Positions 38,601-51,132 of a stretch of 64,000 nucleotides of DNA are shown one piece after another (within the stretch, counting starts at the first letter, position 1; each line of letters begins with the position of its first letter). The notes below the pieces were generated by a model. That model ran no database searches and was not told the origin of the DNA. It worked only from the letters and a program-made list of their open reading frames with translations. A program made the translations under genes and the position numbers. Source of the stretch: Balanoglossus misakiensis (taxonomy: Eukaryota; Animalia; Hemichordata); contig CM082577.2 in assembly GCA_040954595.2 (NCBI GenBank), positions 16,809,903 through 16,873,902 of the forward strand, read 5' to 3'.

Positions 38601-41600
38601 TATAGTCTTTCGTGGGTATGGACTCTCAAGTGTGCTGTTAAGTTCCCATTTCGGGTGAAACGTTTACCACATATTTTGCACTCATATAGTCTTTCGTGGG
38701 TATGGACTATCCAGTGTGCTATTAAGTTCCCATTTAGGGTGAAACGTTTACCACATATTTTGCACTCATATGGTCTTTCGTGGGTATGGACTCTCAAGTG
38801 TGCTGTTAAGTTCCCATTTCGGGTGAAACGTTTACCACATATTTTGCACTCATATAGTCTTTCATGGGTATGGACTCTCAAGTGTGCTTTTAAGTTCCCA
38901 TTCTCGCCAAAACATTTACCACATATTTTGCACTCATATGATCTTTCGTGGGTATGGACTCTCAAGTGTGCTGTTAAGTTCCCATTTAGGGTGAAACGTT
39001 TACCACACATTTTGCACTCATATAGTCTTTCATTGGTATGGACTCTCAAATGTGCTTTTAAGTTCCCATTTCGGGTGAAACGTTTACCACATATTTTGCA
39101 CTCATATAGTCTTTCATTGGTATGGACTCTCAAATGTGCTTTTAAGTTCCCATTTCGGGTGAAACGTTTACCACATATTTTGCACTCATATAGTCTTTCA
39201 TTGGTATGGACTCTCATGTGTGCTGTTAAGTTCCCATTTTGGGTGAAACGTTTACCACATATTTTGCACTCATGTAGTCTTTCATTGGTATGTACTCTCA
39301 TGTGTGCTGTTAAGTTCCCATTTAGGGTGAAACGTTTACCACATATTTTGCACTCATATAGTCTTTCATTGGTATGGACTCTCATGTGTGCTGTTAAGTT
39401 CCCATTTAGGGTGAAACGTTTACCACATATTTTGTACTCATATAGTCTTTCGGGGGTATGGACTCTCAAGTGTGCTGTTAAGTTCCTATTTCGGGTGAAA
39501 CATTTACCACATATTTTGCACTCATATAGTCTTTCATTGGTATGGACTCTCAAGTGTGCTGTTAAGTTCCCATTTCGGGTGAAACGTTTACCACATATTT
39601 TGCACTCATATAGTCTTTCATTGGTATGGACTCTCATGTGTGCTGTTAAGTTCCCATTTAGGGTGAAACGTTTACCACATATTTTGCACTCATGTAGTCT
39701 TTCATTGGTATGGACTCTCATGTGTGCTGTTAAGTTCCCATTTCGGGTGAAACGTTTACCACATATTTTGCACTCATATAGTCTTTCATTGGTATGGACT
39801 CTCATGTGTGCTGTTAAGTTCCCATTTAGGGTGAAACATTTACCACATATTTTGCACTCATATAGTCTTTCGTGGGTATGGACTCTCAAGTGTGCTGTTA
39901 AGTTCCCATTTCGGGTGAAACGTTTACCACATATTTTGCACTCATATATTCTTTCGTGGGTATGGACTATCCAGTGTGCTATTAAGTTCCCATTTAGGGT
40001 GAAACGTTTACCACATATTTTGCACTCATATGGTCTTTCGTGGGTATGGACTCTCAAGTGTGCTGTTAAGTTCCCATTTCGGGTGAAACGTTTACCACAT
40101 ATTTTGCACTCATATAGTCTTTCATGGGTATGGACTCTCAAGTGTGCTTTTAAGTTCCCATTAAGGGTGAAACATTTACCACATATTTTTCACTTATATA
40201 GTCTTTCGTGGGTATGGACTCTCATGTGTGCTGTTAAGTTCCCATTTCGGGTGAAATGTTTACCACATATTTTGCACTCATATAGTCTTTCATTGGTATG
40301 GACTCTCAAGTGTGCTTTTAAGTTCCCATTTCGGGTGAAACGTTTACCCCATATTTTGCACTCATATGGTCCTTCGTGGGTATGGACTATCCAGTGTGCT
40401 GTTAAGTTCCCATTTCCGGTGAAACGTTTACCGCATATTTTGCACTCATATGGTCCTTCGTGGGTATGGACTATCAAGTGTGCTGTTAAGTTCCCATTTC
40501 AGGTGAAACGTTTACCGCATATTTTGCACTCATATGGTCCTTCGTGGGTATGGACTATCCAGTGTGCTGTTAAGTTCCCATTTCCGGTGAAACGTTTACC
40601 GCATATTTTGCACTCATATGGTCCTTCGTGGGTATGGACTATCAAGTGTGCTGTTAAGTTCCCATTTCGGGTGAAACGTTTACCGCATATTTTGCACTCA
40701 TATGGTCCTTCGTGGGTATAGACTATCAAGTGTGCTGTTAAGTTCCCATTTCGGGTGAAACGTTTACCGCATATTTTGCACTCATATGGTCCTTCGTGGG
40801 TATGGACTATCCAGTGTGCTGTTAAGTTCCCATTTCCGGTGAAGCGTTTACCACATATTTTGCACTCATATAGTCTTTCATTGGTATGGACTCTCATGTG
40901 TGCTGTTAAGTTCCCATTTCGGGTAAAACGTTTACCACATATTTTGCACTCATATAGTCTTTCATTGGTATGGACTCTCATGTGTGCTGTTAAGTTCCCA
41001 TTTCGGGTGAAATGTTTACCACATATTTTGCACTCATGTAGTCTTTCATTGGTATGGACTCTCATGTGTGCTGTTAAGTTCCCATTTCGGGTGAAACGTT
41101 TACCACATATTTTGCACTCATATAGTCTTTCGTGGGTATGGACTATCAAGTGTGCTGTTAAGTTCCCATTTCGGGTGAAACGTTTACCACATATTTTGCA
41201 CTCATATAGTCTTTCATTGGTATGGACTCTCAAGTGTGCTGTTAAGTTCCCATTTCGGGTGAAACGTTTACCACATATTTTGCACTCATATAGTCTTTCA
41301 TTGGTATGGACTCTCATGTGTGCTGTTAAGTTCCCATTTAGGGTGAAACGTTTACCACATATTTTGCACTCATATAGTCTTTCGTGGGTATGGACTCTCA
41401 AGTGTGCTGTTAAGTTCCCATTTCCGGTGAAACGTTTACCGCATATTTTGCACTCATATGGTCCTTCGTGGGTATGGACTATCAAGTGTGCTGTTAAGTT
41501 CCCATTTCCGGTGAAACGTTTACCGCATATTTTGCACTCATATGGTCCTTCGTGGGTATGGACTATCCAGTGTGCTGTTAAGTTCCCATTTCCGGTGAAA

Positions 41601-43598
41601 CGTTTACCGCATATTTTGCACTCATATGGTCCTTCGTGGGTATGGACTATCCAGTGTGCTGTTAAGTTCCCATTTCGGGTGAAACGTTTACCGCATATTT
41701 TGCACTCATATGGTCCTTCGTGGGTATAGACTATCAAGTGTGCTGTTAAGTTCCCATTTCGGGTGAAACGTTTACCGCATATTTTGCACTCATATGGTCC
41801 TTCGTGGGTATGGACTATCCAGTGTGCTGTTAAGTTCCCATTTCGGGTGAAGCGTTTACCACATATTTTGCACTCATATAGTCTTTCATTGGTATGGACT
41901 CTCATGTGTGCTGTTAAGTTCCCATTTCGGGTAAAACGTTTACCACATATTTTGCACTCATATAGTCTTTCATTGGTATGGACTCTCATGTGTGCTGTTA
42001 AGTTCCCATTTAGGGTGAAATGTTTACCACATATTTTGCACTCATGTAGTCTTTCATTGGTATGGACTCTCATGTGTGCTGTTAAGTTCCCATTTCGGGT
42101 GAAACGTTTACCACATATTTTGCACTCATATAGTCTTTCGTGGGTATGGACTATCAAGTGTGCTGTTAAGTTCCCATTTAGGGTGAAACGTTTACCACAT
42201 ATTTTGCACTCATATAGTCTTTCATTGGTATGGACTCTCAAGTGTGCTTTTAAGTTCCCATTTCGGGTGAAACGTTTACCACATATTTTGCACTCATATA
42301 GTCTTTCATTGGTATGGACTCTCATGTGTGCTGTTAAGTTCCCATTTAGGGTGAAACGTTTACCACATATTTTGCACTCATATAGTCTTTCGTGGGTATG
42401 GACTCTCAAGTGTGCTGTTAAGTTCCCATTTCCGGTGAAACGTTTACCGCATATTTTGCACTCATATGGTCCTTCGTGGGTATGGACTCTCAAGTGTGCT
42501 GTTAAGTTCCCATTTCCGGTGAAACGTTTACCGCATATTTTGCACTCATATGGTCCTTCGTGGGTATGGACTATCAAGTGTGCTGTTAAGTTCCCATTTC
42601 CGGTGAAACGTTTACCGCATATTTTGCACTCATATGGTCCTTCGTGGGTATGGACTATCCAGTGTGCTGTTAAGTTCCCATTTCCGGTGAAACGTTTACC
42701 GCATATTTTGCACTCATATGGTCCTTCGTGGGTATGGACTATCCAGTGTGCTGTTAAGTTCCCATTTCGGGTGAAACGTTTACCGCATATTTTGCACTCA
42801 TATGGTCCTTCGTGGGTATAGACTATCAAGTGTGCTGTTAAGTTCCCATTTCGGGTGAAACGTTTACCGCATATTTTGCACTCATATGGTCCTTCGTGGG
42901 TATGGACTATCCAGTGTGCTGTTAAGTTCCCATTTCGGGTGAAGCGTTTACCACATATTTTGCACTCATATAGTCTTTCATTGGTATGGACTCTCATGTG
43001 TGCTGTTAAGTTCCCATTTCGGGTAAAACGTTTACCACATATTTTGCACTCATATAGTCTTTCATTGGTATGGACTCTCATGTGTGCTGTTAAGTTCCCA
43101 TTTAGGGTGAAATGTTTACCACATATTTTGCACTCATGTAGTCTTTCATTGGTATGGACTCTCATGTGTGCTGTTAAGTTCCCATTTCGGGTGAAACGTT
43201 TACCACATATTTTGCACTCATATAGTCTTTCGTGGGTATGGACTATCAAGTGTGCTGTTAAGTTCCCATTTAGGGTGAAACGTTTACCACATATTTTGCA
43301 CTCATATAGTCTTTCATTGGTATGGACTCTCAAGTGTGCTTTTAAGTTCCCATTTCGGGTGAAACGTTTACCACATATTTTGCACTCATATAGTCTTTCA
43401 TTGGTATGGACTCTCATGTGTGCTGTTAAGTTCCCATTTAGGGTGAAACGTTTACCACATATTTTGCACTCATATAGTCTTTCGTGGGTATGGACTCTCA
43501 AGTGTGCTGTTAAGTTCCCATTTCCGGTGAAACGTTTACCGCATATTTTGCACTCATATGGTCCTTCGTGGGTATGGACTATCAAGTGTGCTGTTAAG
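35663..43598 (-). repeat. 84-bp C2H2 zinc-finger tandem array, upstream part (about 94 units)
   Basis: Same unit as 1-23237, resuming exactly in register after the TA duplication. Stops at about 40190 and 40500. An EGPY-linker variant is enriched in 40350-43598. The array ends abruptly at a poly-C run. Confidence 0.97.
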
Positions 43599-44116
43599 CC
43601 CCCCCCCCCCCCCCCCCCCGGAAATCCTCCACCCCTGGAAGTATTTTCTAAGCAATCCCTAGCAGACAGTGGCCTAAATACACGACACATCTTTTGCATA
43701 TGCATCACTACAATGTTGAATGAAACAAGTCATTGCAAAATCAATCAGATACAAATTGCTTCTCGGTAATGAAGATACATCGTGTACAGACCTCGCCGAC
43801 TTAGCCTGTTTTTTTTTCTTATATTTACCGTAAAGAAAGGTTTTGGTGTGATAGTCATGACAGACACTACTTGTTAGCGCTATGTCTGAATTCGCCTCAT
43901 CGACGGTAGAAACACCACTTTCCGCTTGCACGTGCTCGCTCGACTACAGTCTCGTATTTTCCGGAGAGTATGGTTGACCTTGCAACATGGCGGGCGAAGA
44001 TGTAGCAAAACTATTGGCATTTCTCTGGATACGTGTACTCTGGGCACCGTACTCCTCACGGGATCTGATTCACTCAGATCAGTACACGTCCTCTGGTGTT
44101 AATGCCACATCAGTTT
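43599..44116 (+). repeat. About 520-bp dispersed direct repeat, copy 1 (starts with poly-C)
   Basis: Near-identical to 46095-46627 (gacagtggcctaaatacacg ... caacatggcgggcgaagatgta ... tgccacatcagttt). Confidence 0.9.
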
Positions 44117-46094
44117 TGGAGCGCATAGCTGGGGTGAAATGACATGACCGTTTATTATCAGTCAGTACACAGCATGACATTTTCCGCCTAAATTTGGCTG
44201 TAAATGAGTTCTTAAACCTGTTGGTCGCTAGATTAGTATGTGTGTGTGCAGGCGGCGAGGCCAATAAATAGAGGGAGACGGTGTTTGGGTCCAGTAGGGG
44301 TAGCTTACTTTATTACTAAATAATACTAAAACTAAAGTTGCCAGTGCCCTCCCCTGGCGGCTGGCTGGTTGTACATCAAGATTAAGACTAAGGGGAGGGA
44401 CACTGGCTCAACAATACTAAATATGAACTAATAAAATACAACTACTTAAATGTACAAACTAGACTAAAGCTGCTCGCACTAGCAGCGGCAGGAAGCGACT
44501 GACTCACAATTGAAACTTCCCCCCACACCGCAACTCTGTTTACATACGCAATAAACATTGGGTAATCCCTCTCTGGATGAGCGTGATTGGTCAGAGATAG
44601 AGGGATTACCCAAGTGGCTATGCTCCCCAATGTTTAAACTTCATTAAAGATTTTAATGACGTCTTTTATAAGCTTTAGGCCGCCACCCCTCTCAGCGAAA
44701 GAGGCACAATACAGAGCTAGGCTTCGGCATGGCATATTATTATTAGTTATAGTACAGTTTCGAATGACGTTTTGTTAAATTAAGAGCTAGGGTTAAAGCC
44801 CCACACTCGCAGTGTAAATTTCTATTTAGGCTTGTAGTAGAAGCACGCAGGCAGAGATAGAGTATAGAATTTGCTTCGGAAAGAGCAGAGGAAATCAATA
44901 CTGTAGCTTTATGTAAAGAAGTGGAGTCCGTTTTGTTCTTTGTTGAGTATATTCCTTACAAACTGTCTTTATCTGCAATTTTGTACTTGGTAAGAATAAG
45001 CTGTTTGCCTGCTTTTTTGTTGTATACTGTTTTAGTTTGTCCCTTGGGAATGCTTTTTCTTAGGAAATCTTTACACAGTAGCCACCAAACATAACCAACA
45101 TGTTTCTTTATTCACTGAGAAGAAAAAAAGCCTGGAACAAAAAATGATTTGTAAGAGGTAGCTATCTTTATTGTGTATAAAGGCCTGATATGTTTGGAAG
45201 CTATTTAAAGGTGCATTTGGGGAATGCAGAACAATTATTAAATTGTTGTTTGACTGCCTCATTATATGGAAGTGATTTCAAGATTCATCTAGAGAATGCA
45301 CGAAAAAGAACCAAATAACTGTTTCACTGCCTAATGATGTGGATCGTTGGGAATACAAATAAAATCATTACACACAATCCAAGAAAGATTACAAATAGGT
45401 TGTTTCTCTGACGTATTAAATGGAAGCTTTAATTTGAAGCACACAATTTATGGATGGATAATAAACTAATTTACTTTTCAAGTTGCTCAATATAAGCTGC
45501 TGCTTATTGTAGCCCCAGGCAGCCTGTAATATGTCATATATTGTTTTTTGTTTAACCCTTTACGCTACTGGATGTCATAGCCAGTTGGTGTCCCAAGTCT
45601 ACAAAAATACGTATGGCACTGGTATACCAATTTGGTATCTTTGCTTAGTTGCTATGTGTGTATTTTGAAGGGGTTGGTTGCCTCAATTTACCTGTATCCA
45701 CTGTTTATGATCATTGTGGCCTGATCAAATTACTCAGCAGTGGCGGTTTAGTATGTACTCAGCTCTCCAAATTTCTGACATCACATAGTCTGATACCAAT
45801 TCATTCTCGCCATGGTGAAGTAACGTTCAAGTATACCAAACATTCCTAGGCGGTATGAAAATGACTATGTGACTCGGCAATGTTAGGGACATACATTTCG
45901 TCACTTGTATGTGTTTTTATTAATAATCTTTTATATTTTAATATATAGCATCACTGCCATTTTTACCCATTCATCTTGTCCAAGCTCGTTCCCCAAAATG
46001 TAGAAATTTTTAAAAAGACAGTTTGACACACAAATGTACCACTGAAAACATTCCTTCACATTGAGGCATAAGAATTTTCATGCAAAAATCTATG

Positions 46095-46627
46095 CCCCCC
46101 CCCCCCGGAAGTATTTTTTTAACAATCCCTTAGTCGACAGTGGCCTAAATACACGCCACATCATATGCATCACTCGCATCACTACAATGTTGAATGAAAC
46201 AGGTCATCCGCGAACGAGGCTGTAAGGCGTGGCTTCCTGAACAGTATGCAAAATCAATCAGATACAAATGTCTTCTCGGTAATGAAGACACGTCGTGTAC
46301 AGACCTCGCCGACTTAGCCTGTTTTTTTCTTATATTTACCGTAAAGGACGGTTTTGGTGTGATAGTCATGACAGACACTACTTGTTAGCGCTATGTCTTA
46401 ATTCGCCTCATCGACGATAGCAACACCACTTTCCGCTTGAACTTGCTCGCTCGACTACAGTCTCGTATTTTCCGGAGAGTATGGTCGACCTTGCAACATG
46501 GCGGGCGAAGATGTATCAAAACTATTGGCATTTCTCTGGATACGTGTACTCTGGGCACCGTACTCCTCGCGGGATCTGATTCACTCAGATCAGTACATGT
46601 CCTCTGGTGTTAGTGCCACATCAGTTT
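46095..46627 (+). repeat. About 530-bp dispersed direct repeat, copy 2
   Basis: Matches 43599-44116, with an extra segment of about 40 bp near 46207-46246 and a shorter start. Confidence 0.9.
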
Positions 46628-46649
46628 CAATATCTTGAGAGAAAAATTA

Positions 46650-47106
46650 ATCATGTGTAAAATTATAAATTCATGGTATGTGCTGAATACAAAATTTCTT
46701 GAAGGGCCAGTAGATGAGAACTCTTGATGATTTTCTTTACTATTTTTGTTTTTTATGTCAACTCCAGCTTCTTGTTCTTCCCCCAAAGCATGTTGAGATG
46801 CACACCATTCAATTTGTCAACTTACTCTGTACATTTTTAAACTGAATGTTAATTAATTGGGTCTAAACAAGAAGTCAAATGTAAATAATAAGACAGCATT
46901 CTAAACAAACATATGATGTACTGTTGGCAAGCTATTCAGTGGGTGTTTCAAAAATGCTTTGTGGAGTAGAAATGGATCATGTGTAAAATTATAAATTCAT
47001 GGTATGTGCTGAATACAAAATTTCTTGAAGGGCCAGTAGATGAGAACTCTTGATGATTTTCTTTACTATTTTTGTTTTTTATGTCAACTCCAGCTTCTTG
47101 TTCTTC
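46650..47106 (+). repeat. 131-bp direct repeat (46650-46780 and 46976-47106)
   Basis: atcatgtgtaaaattataaattcatgg...caactccagcttcttgttcttc occurs twice, 326 bp apart. Confidence 0.9.
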
Positions 47107-48129
47107 TTTGTTTTTTATGTCAACTACAGCTTCTTCATTTTATTATTTAGGCAACGGCACTGTGATGATAATGAGGGTTAGGGTTAGGATCGATGCATGG
47201 TTACAATGGATACTATAGGGTCTATTTTTAACAGCATATCGTATCAATGACAAAACATTTTTAGTCGAAATCGCTCAAGATAACATGGTAAACGTGAAGC
47301 TTCTCAACGTCCTTTCCTCTAAAGATCAGAGGTCAAATGGCACACAGCTGTTGTTTACATTTTGAGCGCCCTCGGCCCATAAACAAAGCAAATCTTTCAC
47401 TAACCTTCACACAACGAATGTCATCGTAGAATTTGGTGAATTCTCTCTTTGATGGTGCTATGCTTACACAATTTTCACAGAAACGGGATGTATTGTGTGC
47501 ACCCAACTTTCTAAATGCCTGCCGCATTGGCTTTCAGACATATTTCGCCAACTTGACCCGTTCTGCCGGTGTTGCAGTCCAACGGAAATGTAGTGGGTTT
47601 CCACATTTTTTGGCGAAAACTGATGACCTCCAAATGCATTGTTGGCCGATGAAAAATAACGCAACAATTAAAATAATTACAAAAATAAAAGTTAAATAAT
47701 CATGAATGTTATCATCGTTTGGTCTGAGAGACTGCATCCTAATACTGTAAGGCTGTACCGTGTACATGCAGATATTGTCGTCTGCCCATGTCTCGCGCAA
47801 GATTTGACAACTTTGACGTCGGTCAAAATCAAAGGACGGTGGTAAAGCGATAACATATTATTCATTGGTTACTTTATTGAAAATTTTACAATTTTCTGCT
47901 AAAACACACAAATTTCCGATAATTTTAAAGGACGATGATTGGTTCTGGACTGTATATTGACAGCTGCTCTTGAACTGTCCTTGACATGCTTGACCTGATT
48001 CGACAATACGGTATATGCTCCATGGCAATGTCTCGAAATGAATATTCATATATTTAAATAAGCCTAGCCTTTTGTGGCGATCGGGTAGACTGTACTTTTA
48101 TAGTAGTGTGGCATTTAATGTATGTCACC

Positions 48130-48320
48130 TTTTTATTGGTAAGACCAAGAAATAGAGCAGCATGAAAGATGAAATTATCAGGCAGCATGTATGATAGTTG
48201 TACTTTGATTCTAGATATGGAAGCATTCGTCTGTTCACAGATTTGACTGTTCAGATTTGTTATCTCTTTGTTTCCTGTGTATCTGTGCATGTTATAACCA
48301 TTGGAGCATCTGTTGAAGAG
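48130..48320 (-). pseudogene. Fragment resembling the C-terminal catalytic region of KDZ (Kyakuja-Dileera-Zisupton)/CxC-associated transposases
   Basis: CSNGYNMHRY...NLNSQICEQTNASISRIKVQLSYM...NF matches the recalled NSQ..EQ.N...SYM...F motif. Fragment only. Confidence 0.4.
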
Positions 48321-49199
48321 AACAAATCTTTTAGATATCATCAAAACAAATTAGTTTGAAGTAGTTTGAGAGACAAACTGCATGTACTCAACATGGCTAT
48401 TAGAATGCTGTAATCTGATAGCCATTTCAACAGTGAGCAAATAATCCTCTATGTCTTCAGGATCTGTGAGCAGGTGCGATTTATTGATGCTTCTCAAGAA
48501 ATCATCCATAACTGAATGGGGAACATTGAATTTCATGTCGTTTGTATTTTAATAGTCACGTGTGGTAAAAGACTCTTGGCATTTTTGTTTCATTTTACAC
48601 GATTCACATCTGATAACAGTAGCACAGGGGGGCACATTGGAAATGATTCTTTTACATGGTGTACAGTGGTAATTGAAGTTAGCATGGACTGAGAGTGTAC
48701 CACCAACTGTACTTTGGTTACAGGTTTGTTCTGCTGTATGGTCTTGTACATGTCCAATATCACTAATTTCAAGAATCTCTGTTCTCTTTGACAGAACTTG
48801 AGAAGCATATTTTTCGTGTCATCAAATGATTTCATTGTGGCATATTGGAATTTGTAAGAGCTACCTGTCTGCAAAGCAGTATCTGAATCTCGCGTGTTTG
48901 CCTCGATTGTGTTGTTTTTATCAGCAATAATATGTTTGGTTAAACACAGCTGTTTGCCATCTTTTGTAGTCTTCTCAGTTTTTGTTGGACCATGTACGAC
49001 TTTGCCCAGGACAGTTACCTAATAGATGGCGAATGTAAAGAAGATGCATTATATTAACATAAGCAGATTTGTTGGCGAAGTTAAATGATATCACCAGGTT
49101 GAATTCTGTATACTCTTGTGTTGGTGTGAAGCACATTATGGGTGGCAGCTACATTAACAGAGATTTATAATTTATAGTTGAGACATCTTGCGTTCGAGT

Positions 49200-49720
49200 A
49201 GTAGCGGAATAAGGAATGTTATATGAAATGAACTAAATGTAGTTTGCATTGTCGCCTCAGTAGTTTCAGGGTCAACATCAGTCAGTTTCATTATCCTGTT
49301 CTTTAACCTTACCATGCTTGCTTCCACTGTAGCTGTGCGCCATTGTGATGTTGAAACCACAGTGATGTGATGAACAATTTCATTTGCTTCATTTAGGCTG
49401 GTACAGCTCTGTAACAGGCCTGTAACAAATAACATGAACTTCTGTAGAGCGTTTTCAGGGCTTTTCTTCTCCAGATTTTGGCTGATGGCATGGGATAAAA
49501 CGGGCAGCACAGATGTGTGTTACCATGAATGATGTGAGGGTCTTACATTTACGATTAATTATGTCCCAAGACTTCTGTAGATAGTTTTTGATATCTTCAG
49601 CATTGAACGCCAATAAGACAGCCCAGCTGAAATCCATTTCAACTCTTTCAGGTGTAGCAAGTGTGCCAGTAGCAAGTGTGCCAGACATTTTCTTGGCAGC
49701 TCTCTGAAATTTCACGATGG
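49200..49720 (-). pseudogene. Degenerate Mutator-like (NOF-FB related) transposase fragment
   Basis: PERVEMDFSWAVLLAFN...KNYL..SW...THICAA resembles the D-FSWA...FN...YL...HIC..H core of NOF/MULE transposases. It is frameshifted into ORF 49172-49510. Confidence 0.55.
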
Positions 49721-49846
49721 TATTGAGTGATCGCTTGTAAGTTCAGAACATGCATACAACAGACACCGTGTTGCCAGCCTTTTAAAGATAAGTAAATAAA
49801 AAATAAGTGAAAATAGTAAATATAAATATATATATATATCACCTAC

Positions 49847-50195
49847 CTTGCATTTTCACCCGAAGAATAGTTGGCAGAGCACAAGAACATAGTAATAGAA
49901 GTGTATGTTCCATGCGAGTCTGTTTGATTGCCCAATTGAAGTATCTGACTGCTAACTTTTTGACTCTGTTTTTCGAATCCATGTCATCAACAACACATGG
50001 TAATGTCAACATACTCCGGACTTATTTCATGACACCTTCAGATATACTAGTAACCTTCAGCCGAACCGAAAAGGTGGCATAGGATGTTAAGGCTTGTAGT
50101 CTTCCCAGCATCAACCTCTTTTGAAAGAGCAAATATTACTGGGCAACTGCCAAATGTCTACACTATGGTGGTGTAATGAAGACACATTAGGCCAC
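49847..50195 (-). pseudogene. Decayed exon of a P-loop NTPase
   Basis: Manual translation gives GLMCLHYTTIV*TFGSCPVIFALSKEVDAGKTTSLNILCHLFG, then after a frameshift SMLTLPCVVDDMDS (Walker A-like GKTT, Walker B-like hhhDD). It is bounded by ttcttgcag| and AAG|gtaggt. Confidence 0.5.
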
Positions 50196-51132
50196 CTGCA
50201 AGAATTCCTACTGCTGGTATGAAGTTATGTCATTTAAAGTATGTCAAATATATGCATATAAATTGACGTTGGGGTATTAATTAGTCTTGTAAAATACCGT
50301 CTATCTGAACGAATACCTAGAACAACAGGGATTTATTTGGTATCAAAAGAAAGCTTAATAAACAAGGTTTCCATTAATTACAAAATAAAAGTGATATGAC
50401 AAATCATGACATCATAGTGACGTCATAAGTCAAAATACCCTTACGTAAAATGGTGTCCTGTTCACCTATAAATGCGAGGTTGAAAAACAGGTCTCTGTGC
50501 AATTGTACTGATGAAAACTGTAAAACATCTAATCATTAACGTCATCATTATGTCATACTTCCAAGAACCTTTACGAAAATTGAGCTGTTCTCCAATCTCT
50601 GCGGAATTGTTTTGGTATCAACTAGTGACTATGATGACAAGTTATGTCATTATGTCATTGTAATTTTCACTAAAGATCACAAAGGGATTCTGTTGCACTA
50701 TAAACACGGTTTTGTGAAAAATTATACTGATGACAACTTGGGTGGTTTTGGTACTAATAATGCAGACAAGAGTTCAGATTCACCTTAACAATACCACACA
50801 CCCGATGAACCGACTCTGACACGTGAATGTGTTAAACAACAGTTTAGTTTTGATGCAAAATGAGAGAAAACTGCAATGTTAAATGTTTAAGAACGCACGC
50901 AGGGCAATTGGTTTTAGATGAATGATGAAGAAAATAGATAATAATTATATGTTCACAGCTATATATTAGTAGTGCTAAGTATGTTTCTATAAATAAACAA
51001 CATTTACTATGGATGAAAGCTGCTCAACATCAAAAACAACAATTTCACAACAATTAGATTTATACTCCATCAGCACACTAAAAGGTATTATTAGCTCAGA
51101 TATATGTCTCCAGATGTCAACTATACGGTAGA

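Noticed and set aside
397-43769. Giant plus-strand ORFs (up to 4038 aa, VWTL.CAVKFPFRVKRLPHILHS repeats)
   Set aside because: They are the antisense shadow of the C2H2 repeat; a stop-free 84-bp unit gives long ORFs automatically. They have no independent domain signature.
35663-46000. PRDM9 assignment for the zinc-finger array
   Set aside because: No KRAB, SSXRD or PR/SET exon was found upstream, and helix positions +3 and +6 are invariant, unlike PRDM9.
43599-46627. The two 520-bp direct repeats as LTRs of a TRIM-like element
   Set aside because: No TG..CA ends, PBS, PPT or TSD are recognisable.
47174-47189. TTAGGG-like telomeric repeats (also near 62346-62370)
   Set aside because: Only two or three imperfect units; common inside repeats and not a telomere.
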